64,000 nucleotides of DNA from Candidatus Bipolaricaulota bacterium (GTDB taxonomy: Bacteria > Bipolaricaulota > Bipolaricaulia > UBA7950 > UBA9294), in the NCBI GenBank assembly GCA_040752575.1, contig JBFMGK010000043.1:23142-87141 (forward strand), given 5' to 3'. The notes below the pieces were generated by a model. It saw only the letters and a program-made list of their open reading frames with translations, ran no database searches and was not told the DNA's origin. Of the stretch, positions 39,154 to 48,097 are shown piece by piece. The translations under genes and the position numbers were made by a program. Numbering within the stretch: position 1 is the first letter of the stretch; every line of letters begins with the position of its first letter.

Positions 39154-39519
39154 ATGGATCGTCAAGGGCTTCGCCGCGAGCTGTGCGGCCTGCCGGGCGC
39201 CGTGGAGACGCAGCCCTTCGGCCCGGACGTATGGGTATACAAGGTCGGTGGCCGCATGTTCGCCCTCGTTCCGACCACGGGCGCGCTGGGGGTCACGATC
39301 AAGCTCGAGCCGCCGCACGGTCAGCTCGCGCGCGCCCAGTACTCGGCCGTTGCCCCCGGGTACCACATGAACAAGGAGCACTGGAACACCGTGCAACTCG
39401 GCGGCGACGTCCCGGACGACGTCGTCCGCGAGTGGATCTCCTTGTCGCATGCCCTGGTTGTCGCCGGGTTGCCTCGGCGGGTGAGGTCTGAGCTCGCGCC
39501 AACCCGTGCGGTGGGCTAA
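39154..39519 (+). CDS. MmcQ/YjbR-family DNA-binding protein
   Basis: PFGPDVWVYKVGGRMFAL, PGYHMNKEHWNTV. Confidence 0.93.
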   Translation: MDRQGLRRELCGLPGAVETQPFGPDVWVYKVGGRMFALVPTTGALGVTIKLEPPHGQLARAQYSAVAPGYHMNKEHWNTVQLGGDVPDDVVREWISLSHALVVAGLPRRVRSELAPTRAVG

Positions 39520-40232
39520 GGCTTCCGCGGCGAGGTGTCGGCAGTCGATCCCGTCGCGGCCGCGGCTCCCGCCGCCTGCCACGCGAGGAACTGCTTCACG
39601 CCGCCGAGGATCCCCGCGGCCACTTTGTCTTGGTACAGAGGGTCCAACAGCCTGGCCCGTTCGTCGGGATTCGTCATGTAGCCAACCTCAAGGGAAACCG
39701 CGGGGATCCCGCAGCGCTGAAGGTACGACTCCTGCGTTCGGATCCCTCGATTCCGCGCCCCCGTCGCCGCACTGAGGCTGTCCTGAATCATCGAAGCGAA
39801 GACATACGCGGGGTCTCCATCCTTCCGCGTGGTGTCGACCCACGTCTCGATCCCGTGGACCTGGGGATCGCCAAACGAGTTGGCGTGAACGGTGATGTAG
39901 AGCGCAGCGTTCGCCTCCTGCGCGAGCCGCACGCGCTCCTCGAGCGCAAGGAATACGTCGACGGAGCGGGTCAGGTGCGCCTTGAGATCCGGATCGGCGT
40001 CGATGAGGGCTTGCGCCTTCTTGACGATCGCGAGGTTGATGTCTTTCTCCAGCACGTCTCCCGCCGTGGCTCCCGGATCGCGGCCCCCGTGCCCCGCGTC
40101 GAGCGCGATGATGACCTCGGCGCGCTTCGTCGGGACGTCGATCCCGGAGGGGGACCGAAGAAGGAGGAAGAGCACCACGGCAACTGCAACGACGACCATC
40201 ACACCTACCGCGACGTACCCTCTCTTGGTCAT
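39516..40232 (-). CDS. N-acetylmuramoyl-L-alanine amidase (Amidase_3), membrane-anchored
   Basis: N-terminal TM; LDAGHGGRDPG, EKDINL, HANS, LEVGYMTN. Confidence 0.94.
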   Translation of the reverse strand: MTKRGYVAVGVMVVVAVAVVLFLLLRSPSGIDVPTKRAEVIIALDAGHGGRDPGATAGDVLEKDINLAIVKKAQALIDADPDLKAHLTRSVDVFLALEERVRLAQEANAALYITVHANSFGDPQVHGIETWVDTTRKDGDPAYVFASMIQDSLSAATGARNRGIRTQESYLQRCGIPAVSLEVGYMTNPDERARLLDPLYQDKVAAGILGGVKQFLAWQAAGAAAATGSTADTSPRKP

Positions 40233-40377
40233 GTGTAGAGCGTAGTCCTCGGAGGCTGAACCGCCACGCCTCTGCCCGCGCGCAGGCGACCTCGCGTCAC
40301 CGCACGCCGGGGGACGAAGTGCTAGACTTCAGGCCGCCCAAACGTCCTCGGCGGAGTCCGTCGAGGGGGAGGTCGAC

Positions 40378-41136
40378 ATGGATGGCATGGCACTCGGATT
40401 GATCCTCTCGACCCTCGCCGGATTGGCGACGGTGGTCGGAGCGGCACTGGGGATGCTCACACGGCAGGCAGGGCCCCGCGTCTTGTCGCTCGCCCTGGGC
40501 TTCTCGGGAGGCGTGATGCTGCACGTCTCGTACGTCGAACTCCTGGGTAGTGCTATGGCTTCGGTCGGGTTCGTGCCCGCCCACATTGCCTTCTTCGTCG
40601 GCATGGGCGCCATGTTTGCGGTCGACGCGCTGATCCCGCACGACTACTTCGCTGAACACGCAACGCGAGGCGGCGCCTCGGCACAGCAGCTCGCGAAGAC
40701 CGGTCTGTTCGTCGCTCTCGGAATCGGAATCCACAACTTTCCCGAGGGGATGCTCACCTTGGCCGGCACGCTACAGGATCCCAAGCTGGGGTTCGCCATT
40801 GCCGCCGCGGTCGCCATCCACAACATTCCTGAGGGCCTCGCCGTTGCGGCTCCCATCCTCGCGGCGACGGGCAGCCGACGGCGTGCTTTTGCCTGGGCGT
40901 CCCTCTCCGGCATGGCCGAACCGATCGGCGCGGGGATCGCCGCCGCCGTTCTTTTGCCGTTCTTGTCGACGGCGTTGCTCGGTTACGTGCTCGCTGCCGT
41001 GGCGGGGATCATGGTGTTCATCGCGCTCGACGAATTGGTGCCTGTGTCACGCGAACTGGACCGCGGCCACTGGGCCATCCTGGGCGTCATCGCCGGCCTG
41101 GTCGTCATGGCAGGTAGCCTGGCCCTGCTCGCCTAG
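40378..41136 (+). CDS. zupT: ZIP-family zinc transporter
   Basis: GIHNFPEG, AIHNIPEG, SGMAEPIGA, GIMVFIALDELVP. Confidence 0.92.
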   Translation: MDGMALGLILSTLAGLATVVGAALGMLTRQAGPRVLSLALGFSGGVMLHVSYVELLGSAMASVGFVPAHIAFFVGMGAMFAVDALIPHDYFAEHATRGGASAQQLAKTGLFVALGIGIHNFPEGMLTLAGTLQDPKLGFAIAAAVAIHNIPEGLAVAAPILAATGSRRRAFAWASLSGMAEPIGAGIAAAVLLPFLSTALLGYVLAAVAGIMVFIALDELVPVSRELDRGHWAILGVIAGLVVMAGSLALLA

Positions 41137-41208
41137 CCCCCTCCCCGCCAGCGTCGAGTCGACGCAACGCGGGAACGGCCGTCGTCGATGGCAGGGGTCA
41201 GGCCGACG

Positions 41209-42201
41209 CTAGCCGGGATACCAGACCCGACGCGGTTCGTCAGCCGGGCGCTCGTACGACCAGGATGCGTCCACCAGGCTCCGCATGTCGAACGCGGGGC
41301 GCCAATCCAGCAGAAACTTGGCTTTGGCGTTGTCCAGCCACGTCGAGAAGTGCGCCGACGGCACGTCTGCGGTGGGCAGTCCGCGAGTCTCCGTCAGGTA
41401 CCTTCCCATCTCGCCATAGTCGACCGGCTCGTCCATGCCGATATGGAACGTCTGACCACGAGCTGCCGGGTGGTCCAAGGCCAGCAGGATCGCGCTCACG
41501 AGGTCCTCGACGTGCACGAAGCTGCGCCGGACAGGACGGCCCGAAGGGTCTAACAGAACGGGAATTGCTTCGGCGCTCAGGAGTTCGTCGGCTCGCGCCG
41601 GGCCGACAAGGTCGCGCCAGCGAGGTCCTCCGAACGAGGTCTCGCCGAACGTCAGGTGGCTGCGCAGGTCATCCTTCTCCATGATCCACGGAGCGCGCAG
41701 GCAGCAGCTGTTGAGGCCGTACTGAATCCGATACTGCTCGAGCATGACCTCCTCGAGAACCTTCGACAGCGAGTAGCACCCCGGGTAGGCCGTGTGGCGC
41801 TGCAACTCCGTCACAGGGACGGGGTGCGGATAGTAGTAGTGGCCGACGCTCGCGTCCCCGCCGATCAGGATGAACTGACGGAACGTCGGCGAGGTCCGGC
41901 AAACCTCCAGAAGCCAGAACAGCCCCTTGACGACCACGTCCATGACCCGCGAGGGAGTCTCCTTGCACGTCGCGAGGTGCACGACGTGCGTCACGCCGCG
42001 CAGAACCTCCTCAACCGTCGCACGATCCTCGACCGAGCCGAGGACGATCTCGAGGCGGTCCTCCGCGTCGAGGACGCGCTGGTGGCAGAGCGCCCGTACG
42101 TCGGTCGCGGCGTGCGCCGGTTCCGACAAGAGGCGGCGAATGAGGGCCTGCCCGACCTTCCCGGTGGCACCGGTGACAAGGATCTTCTTTGCTTCGGGCA
42201 T
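41209..42201 (-). CDS. NAD-dependent epimerase/dehydratase
   Basis: ILVTGATGKVG; YSLSK (YxxxK). Confidence 0.9.
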   Translation of the reverse strand: MPEAKKILVTGATGKVGQALIRRLLSEPAHAATDVRALCHQRVLDAEDRLEIVLGSVEDRATVEEVLRGVTHVVHLATCKETPSRVMDVVVKGLFWLLEVCRTSPTFRQFILIGGDASVGHYYYPHPVPVTELQRHTAYPGCYSLSKVLEEVMLEQYRIQYGLNSCCLRAPWIMEKDDLRSHLTFGETSFGGPRWRDLVGPARADELLSAEAIPVLLDPSGRPVRRSFVHVEDLVSAILLALDHPAARGQTFHIGMDEPVDYGEMGRYLTETRGLPTADVPSAHFSTWLDNAKAKFLLDWRPAFDMRSLVDASWSYERPADEPRRVWYPG

Positions 42202-42331
42202 TGAGCTTCCTCCTCGGTACCGCAAGCTCATGCGATCTCACGTAGGCGATCGTGCTCGATCGTTGCGCCGCGCCGTAGAGCAATCTGGTCCTTGCCCTTA
42301 CGATCGCTCCGGCGATGGCTGACGCGCCGTC

Positions 42332-43108
42332 CTACGCGAGCCGCGTTTTCTGGTAAAGCCGCCCGCGCCAGATGAACACGCCGAAAACGACGACCAACAC
42401 GGCACTCGCGAGATGCGGTGCCTTCAGGGCGCCGAGGTAGAGGTCGTCGCCGCGGGTGAGGCTTACGATGGACCGCGTAACGGCGTACAGAATGAAGTAC
42501 ATCGCCGTCGTGAATCCATCTCGGTAGCCCTTCTTCCGGATCGCCCACAGGTACGCGAAGATCGCCAGGTTGAGGATCATCTCGTAGATCATCGACGGGT
42601 GCGTGGCCAGTCCGGGATAGGCCATGCCGGCGGGCGAGTCGGCCGGGAAGCGGATTCCCCACGGAAGCGTCGTCGGCGTGCCGTAGGCGTCGCCGTTCAT
42701 CAGGTTCCCGATGCGGCCGATCGCCTGACCGAGGATCAGACTCGGGGCGATAGCATCGCTGAGCCGCCAGAAGGGGACACGTTTGCGTCGAGCGAAGAAG
42801 TACACGCCGAGGATTCCACCCAGGACGCCGCCGTGGATGGCGAGGCCGCCTTCCCAGATCTTCAGGATGTCGAGAAGATGCCGCCCGTAGTGATCCCAGC
42901 GAAACGCAACGTAGTACAGACGCGCGCCGATGAGCGCGAGGGGGATCACCAGCAGGAGAAGATCGAGCAACGACTCCGTCGAGAGACCCAGGCGCTTTCG
43001 CTTGGCCTCCCTGGTCAGCAGGAAGAAGCCCAGAGAGATCGCCACGATGTACATGAGGCCGTAATAGCGAATCGTGACGGAACCCACCTGAAGCAAGATC
43101 GGATGCAT
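42332..43108 (-). CDS. lgt: Prolipoprotein diacylglyceryl transferase
   Basis: IRYYGLM, GARLYYV, GGLAIHGG, GRIGNLMNGDAYG, HPSMIYE. Confidence 0.96.
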   Translation of the reverse strand: MHPILLQVGSVTIRYYGLMYIVAISLGFFLLTREAKRKRLGLSTESLLDLLLLVIPLALIGARLYYVAFRWDHYGRHLLDILKIWEGGLAIHGGVLGGILGVYFFARRKRVPFWRLSDAIAPSLILGQAIGRIGNLMNGDAYGTPTTLPWGIRFPADSPAGMAYPGLATHPSMIYEMILNLAIFAYLWAIRKKGYRDGFTTAMYFILYAVTRSIVSLTRGDDLYLGALKAPHLASAVLVVVFGVFIWRGRLYQKTRLA

Positions 43109-43145
43109 GACTCCCCCCTCCGCGAGACCGTATGATCGGGAGTAT

Positions 43146-44603
43146 ATGGTCCTCGGAACGCGCGGCCAACTTCTGCTGTCGCTCGCGTCGGGCGCTTTGG
43201 CGGCCGCAGCCATGCCCGCCACGGGGGCCTGGCCGCTCGCCTTCGTGATGCTCATCCCGCTCGCCTGGGCCCTCGACGAAGGCGCCGGGTTCCGGGCCGG
43301 CTTCGCGTTCGGCGTCGCGTTCTTCGCGCTCGACCTCCGTTGGGTCCTCACGCTTTTCCGCTTCAGCCCGCTGGTCGTTCCCGGCTACATCCTCTTGATT
43401 GCCTACCTCGCCGCGACGGTCGGCCTCGCGACGTGGATCCTCGCGCGCCTGCGCCGCCGCTGCGGCCCTTGGCGGTGGGCCGTCGCTTTGGGCGCGCTGT
43501 TTGCGCTCATCGAGTGGCTGCGCGCCCTGGGCCCGCTGGGACTGACTTTCCCATCCCTCTACCTGACGCTGTCGACCGTACCCGCGTGGATCCAGCTTGC
43601 AGCCTGGATGGGACCCGCAGCACTCACGGCGCTGCTCGTCACAGCCAACGGTTTTCTTGCTCTCGCCATGAAGCGCCGCGCACCGCGTTTTCTCTGGGGT
43701 ACATTGATCGCCCTAGGATTGCTGTGGACTCCCCATCTCGCACCGCCAACGCCCGACGTTGCGACGCCGCTTCGGTTTGCCCTCGTGTCGTCGAGGGTCG
43801 AACAGGAGACGAAGCTTGGTGCGCGCGACCCCGCACCCCTCCAGGCACGCTACGTATCTCTTGGGCGCGAGGCGCTGGCCGGACGACCGGACGTCATCGT
43901 GTTCCCCGAGTCGATCCTCCCGATCTACACCCTGCGAGATGCCCAGGCTCTCGAGGAGTTTGCGTCGCTGGCCCGGGACGGAGCGACGCGCGTCCTGCTT
44001 GGGACAGGCGACGTCCGCAATCGAGAGATCTTCAACAGCGTCGCCCTTCTTGATCCATCGGGAGCTGTCGTCAGCACGTACGACATGGTCCGCCCCGTGC
44101 CGTTCGGCGAGTACATCCCCGCTCGGGCACTGCTCGAGGGCCTCGGCCTCTCCCGGATGATCAACTCGTTCTTGCCGAGAGATCTGACGGCAGGCCGATC
44201 GTCGACGCCGCTCGCCGAGTTCGGCACACCCATCTGTTTCGAGTCGACGTTTGCCAAGGGCCCACGCGACTTCGTGCGCGCCGGGGCACGGATCTTGGTT
44301 GTCGTAACCAATGACGCGTGGTTCTCGGGACGCGCGGAGGCGAGAGCCCACTTCGCCTTTGCCTCCCTGCGCGCCGTCGAGACGCGGCGCTACGTCGTCC
44401 AGGCCGCCAACGGAGGCCTGACGGGAGCCGTCTCCCCGACCGGACGCGTTCTCGCGCAGACCGATCGGGAAGGGGTGACCTACGTCGAGGTTGTCCCGCG
44501 GGAAGAAGTGACACCCTACGTGCGCTTCGGGGACGGCCCGGCCATCGCGGCGCTCGCTCTTGCCGCGGCGGTCGCCTGGGCTCGCCGTCGCCCAACGGCG
44601 TAG
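43146..44603 (+). CDS. lnt: Apolipoprotein N-acyltransferase
   Basis: TM N-half; FPES, FNS, VPFGEYIP, ICFES, TNDAWF, RAVE..R, ANGG. The catalytic Lys position reads Met. Confidence 0.9.
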   Translation: MVLGTRGQLLLSLASGALAAAAMPATGAWPLAFVMLIPLAWALDEGAGFRAGFAFGVAFFALDLRWVLTLFRFSPLVVPGYILLIAYLAATVGLATWILARLRRRCGPWRWAVALGALFALIEWLRALGPLGLTFPSLYLTLSTVPAWIQLAAWMGPAALTALLVTANGFLALAMKRRAPRFLWGTLIALGLLWTPHLAPPTPDVATPLRFALVSSRVEQETKLGARDPAPLQARYVSLGREALAGRPDVIVFPESILPIYTLRDAQALEEFASLARDGATRVLLGTGDVRNREIFNSVALLDPSGAVVSTYDMVRPVPFGEYIPARALLEGLGLSRMINSFLPRDLTAGRSSTPLAEFGTPICFESTFAKGPRDFVRAGARILVVVTNDAWFSGRAEARAHFAFASLRAVETRRYVVQAANGGLTGAVSPTGRVLAQTDREGVTYVEVVPREEVTPYVRFGDGPAIAALALAAAVAWARRRPTA

Positions 44604-44635
44604 AGGGGGACGAGACCCGACCGTCTCGTCCCCCT
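44604..44635. terminator. Hairpin between convergent lnt and PKD/TolB genes
   Basis: AGGGGGACGAGAC-CCGACC-GTCTCGTCCCCCT perfect 13-bp stem. Confidence 0.7.
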
Positions 44636-44661
44636 ACGCTCAGAGGTACCGACTGAGAAGG

Positions 44662-46005
44662 CTAGCGCCGCGAAGCCGGAGACAGGTTGTCTCCCGCTTC
44701 AGTCAGCTTCGTCAACGCTCCGGTGGCAAAGGTGACCTTGTAGATCTGGTAGTCGCCCGTCCCATCGTCCTTAACGAAGGTGATCCCACTTCCATCCTCG
44801 AGCCAATTCGGGGAGAACTCGTCGTCGGCCGTGCTGATGTCCGTGTTCAGCACGCCGAGATGGTCGACGTACTCCTCGAGAGTCGCGACGCCGGCAGCCA
44901 CGGCAGAGCCGTCAGACTGAACGATGTAGATGTCGATCTGCCCTCCGACGGACGCCTCGGCCGCGTAGGCGATCAGCGTTCCATCCGGCGACCAAGCCGG
45001 ACGGGAGATGCCGGCTCCCGCCGGGAAGTCGAGCCCGGTGCCGAGCCCGGCGATGGCCGGCGAGGCATCGCCATCGCGCCCCGGTCCATCCTTGAGCATC
45101 ACAGCAGCCGCAACCGAGGCATCCCATAGCCACAGTGCGCTTCCTCCGTCGGCGGTCCCGCCCAAGCCATCGGAGTCGGACACGAAGACGACGTCGTCGT
45201 TCACTGGCGACCATGCGGGGGCGATGGCCCACGACGGGGATTGCGTGGTCAACTGCGTCTGCGCCGTTCCGGACGACGTCATGGTGAACAGCTCCCAGGT
45301 CGTCGTCGACGGCGTCTGCGTATCGTTCGATGCATAGACGATGGACGACGCATCGCTGGACCAGGAGGGCTGCACCTGATGCGACGTGGCGCTCGAGGTC
45401 AGCGGCGTCCGCTCCCCTCCCTCAACGTTCATGGTCCAGACATTCCAGGACGTTCCATCCTCGGCGGCATACGCGATACGATCCCTCGTCCTGCGCGTGA
45501 GGTCGGGGAACAGCTCATCTTCGGCAGTGTTGAAGACGACCGCTTGGAAGGTGCCGTCGGAGACCATCCGGTAGATGTCGTAGTCGCCGGCGCGGTTCGC
45601 CGCGAACGTGATCGTCAACGGGCCCACGGTGACCGTGCCATTGGTCATGCCGATGCGGCCGTCCGCGTCGGTGACGGTCAGGACGACCGTGAAGGTCCCT
45701 GCCGTCTCATACTCGTGCACGACCGGGATCGAGACGTCGACTCCTTCCTCGTCCGCCGATCCGTCTCCGAACTCAAGCCGGTACGAAACGATGGCGCCAT
45801 CAGGGTCGTTCGATCCGCTCAAGTCGAAGGTCACGACGACGGGCAGCTCGGCGTCTCCTCCATTCGCGATGACCAACAGGGCGATCGGGCCCTGGCCAAA
45901 GAAGCCTCGACACGCGGCAAGCCCAAGCGCGATGCACCCGACCGCAACGACCACGGCGGCGATTCTCGCCGCGCGGCGCCTGTCGATGCCTGTCTTGATT
46001 CTCAT
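44662..46005 (-). CDS. Lipoprotein with PKD domain and TolB-like (PD40) propeller
   Basis: Lipobox LAAC; SNDPDGAIVSY..FGDG; PSWSSD, PAWSP repeats. Confidence 0.88.
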   Translation of the reverse strand: MRIKTGIDRRRAARIAAVVVAVGCIALGLAACRGFFGQGPIALLVIANGGDAELPVVVTFDLSGSNDPDGAIVSYRLEFGDGSADEEGVDVSIPVVHEYETAGTFTVVLTVTDADGRIGMTNGTVTVGPLTITFAANRAGDYDIYRMVSDGTFQAVVFNTAEDELFPDLTRRTRDRIAYAAEDGTSWNVWTMNVEGGERTPLTSSATSHQVQPSWSSDASSIVYASNDTQTPSTTTWELFTMTSSGTAQTQLTTQSPSWAIAPAWSPVNDDVVFVSDSDGLGGTADGGSALWLWDASVAAAVMLKDGPGRDGDASPAIAGLGTGLDFPAGAGISRPAWSPDGTLIAYAAEASVGGQIDIYIVQSDGSAVAAGVATLEEYVDHLGVLNTDISTADDEFSPNWLEDGSGITFVKDDGTGDYQIYKVTFATGALTKLTEAGDNLSPASRR

Positions 46006-46211
46006 CTGCGGTACCTCCTTCGACGACGTCCCGCCCGCGGCGTAGGCCGCGAGGGCAGGGGCACAGCCAGTCTAGGCCTGAGCTTGAAAGGCCTCCGTGA
46101 CGCGGGGAAGTCGGGGGCGGGGGGTTCGTCCTACGGTCAGGTGACCGATGTCGGTTCGAAACGATGCGCGGTCAAGCGTGTATATTGAACGCCGAGGAGG
46201 GCAATAGAACC

Positions 46212-46760
46212 GTGTACCGGACGCAGGATGAGGTGAGTCTCTTGCGCGCATCGCTGAACGGAGAGGTCGAGGCTTGGGGTGAGATCGTGACCCGCTATAG
46301 GGATGCCGTGTTCGGTCTTTGCCTCGGCTTTCTGCGCAATCGCGCCGACGCCGAGGACATCGCCCACGATGCCTTTATCCGTGCCTATGCCAACCTTCGC
46401 CGATACAAGATCGAGCGGAAGTTCTCCACCTGGGTATTCACGATCGCCGCCAACCTCTGCCGGAACCGGCTGCGCTATCGCAGAAACCACCCCGTGGTGG
46501 AGTGGGAGACCGATCTGGAGGGAAGCGTGGATCCGGCGCGCGCTGTTGCGCGAGAGGATCGGCACAAGAAGGTCCGCGAGTCGTTGACACAGCTTCCCTA
46601 CGCCTACCGAGCTCCGCTCGTGTTGCGCTTCTACAACGACCTGTCGTACCACGAAATCGCCGAGGTTCTGGCCATTCCGGAAGGCACCGTGAAGACGAGA
46701 ATCCATCGGGGGAAGGCCATGCTGAGAGAGATGCTGGAAGAGGAGCGTGACGTCACATGA
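46212..46760 (+). CDS. ECF sigma-70 factor
   Basis: DAEDIAHDAFIRAY, FSTWVFTIAAN, LSYHEIAEVL..PEGTVKTRIHRG. Confidence 0.95.
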   Translation: MYRTQDEVSLLRASLNGEVEAWGEIVTRYRDAVFGLCLGFLRNRADAEDIAHDAFIRAYANLRRYKIERKFSTWVFTIAANLCRNRLRYRRNHPVVEWETDLEGSVDPARAVAREDRHKKVRESLTQLPYAYRAPLVLRFYNDLSYHEIAEVLAIPEGTVKTRIHRGKAMLREMLEEERDVT

Positions 46761-47371
46761 ACGTGGACGCGCTCGAGAACGTTCTCCGCGAAGCCTTGCG
46801 CGAGGAAGTCGAGGTCTCGTCGGAGTCCCTATCCGGATTCGAGCAGCGCGTGGTCGCGGAGATCGAGGGGCGTCGCCCGCGCGTCGGGGTTCTGGACACC
46901 TTGAGGCTGGCCGTCGCGCCGACGCACGCCGGACGAGTCGGTCAGCTGGCGGTGGTCGCGGTAACGGCGGCCGCCTTCCTCGTCGTCGGCTTGTGGGTCG
47001 GCGATCGGACCCCGACGGCACCTGCCGCTGTGGGGGAGATTGCCACGCTTCGCGCGGCTGCGGCTCCGGAGTCCCTCGAAGGGAGCGGTCCCGGGAAGCC
47101 CGAGGGGTTGGTGTTCATCGTTCCCGCGCTCCAAGCCGAGAGCGTTTCGGTCGTCGGAAGCTTCAACGAGTGGGAACCCACGAAGTTGACCGATGAAGAC
47201 GGAGACGGCATCTGGACGGCAACGATTCCTCTCCCTCCCGGGCGTTACGAGTACGCGTTCATCATCGACGGGCGTTGGTGGGGGCAGGATCCTCTTGCCG
47301 ACGAGTACGTCCGAAGCTTCGGCGAGTTCAGCTCGGTTCGCTACGTCGTGGGAGGAGGTGATGGGGTGTGA
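46757..47371 (+). CDS. Putative anti-sigma factor with TM helix and C-terminal CBM48/AMPK-type glycogen-binding domain
   Basis: Overlaps the sigma stop codon; single TM; VSVVGSFNEW..GIWTATIPLPPGRYEYAFIIDG..DP. Confidence 0.82.
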   Translation: MNVDALENVLREALREEVEVSSESLSGFEQRVVAEIEGRRPRVGVLDTLRLAVAPTHAGRVGQLAVVAVTAAAFLVVGLWVGDRTPTAPAAVGEIATLRAAAAPESLEGSGPGKPEGLVFIVPALQAESVSVVGSFNEWEPTKLTDEDGDGIWTATIPLPPGRYEYAFIIDGRWWGQDPLADEYVRSFGEFSSVRYVVGGGDGV

Positions 47372-48060
47372 AGCGCAGGATTGGCCTTGCGGTCTTGGTC
47401 ACGCTGGCCGTTGCCGCATCGCTTGGCGTGACCGCAACAGGTCGTACGCTCGCAGATTTCGCCCGCGTGCTGGAAAGCATCCCCATCGTACAACGTGACC
47501 GCGTCCTGGCTGCGGTTTCGCTATCGCTTGCGGGAGAGGGCTTCCCCGAGAGCGAGATGTACGGCCTGCTCGAGCGGCTCGCCGCCACACCGGGGGCCGC
47601 AGCGGAGAAGGAGACCATTGTACTTGTCCTGGCGTATGCCCTCGAACAGGGGATCCCGATCGACGGTCTCCTCAGCAAGGCATCGGAGGGTCTCGCACGC
47701 GGCGTCCAACTCGGCCCGCTCGGGCAGTTACTCGACCAGCGGCTGCGCCTTCTCGTCGAGACACGTGACCTGTTCTACGCCAAGGGCGTCTTCCGCGCGG
47801 CTCCGGGCACGGCGACGACGTCGCCGACGACGTTGCCCGCTGAGCGTTTCGACGCCCTTCTCACCCAGGTCGGCGACGCTCTCGGAGACTACCTGGAGAG
47901 CGGCGGAAGCCCGTTCAACGGCGAACTCATCCACCGCGAAGTGGAGAACCGACTCACGAAACTGCGCGGCGGCGTGCTCCCGGCGAGCGACGTCGATCTG
48001 ATCTTGCCGAGAATTGGGGCGGATGATTTGACAAGGATCGTGCAGACGGCGTTAGGCTAA
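47368..48060 (+). CDS. Secreted helical hypothetical protein
   Basis: Signal peptide; coupled to the previous gene; GIPIDGLLSKASEGLARGV motif. Confidence 0.7.
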   Translation: MKRRIGLAVLVTLAVAASLGVTATGRTLADFARVLESIPIVQRDRVLAAVSLSLAGEGFPESEMYGLLERLAATPGAAAEKETIVLVLAYALEQGIPIDGLLSKASEGLARGVQLGPLGQLLDQRLRLLVETRDLFYAKGVFRAAPGTATTSPTTLPAERFDALLTQVGDALGDYLESGGSPFNGELIHREVENRLTKLRGGVLPASDVDLILPRIGADDLTRIVQTALG

Positions 48061-48097
48061 GGTAGAGATGGAGTCCAAGACCCAAGGGAGGCATAAC

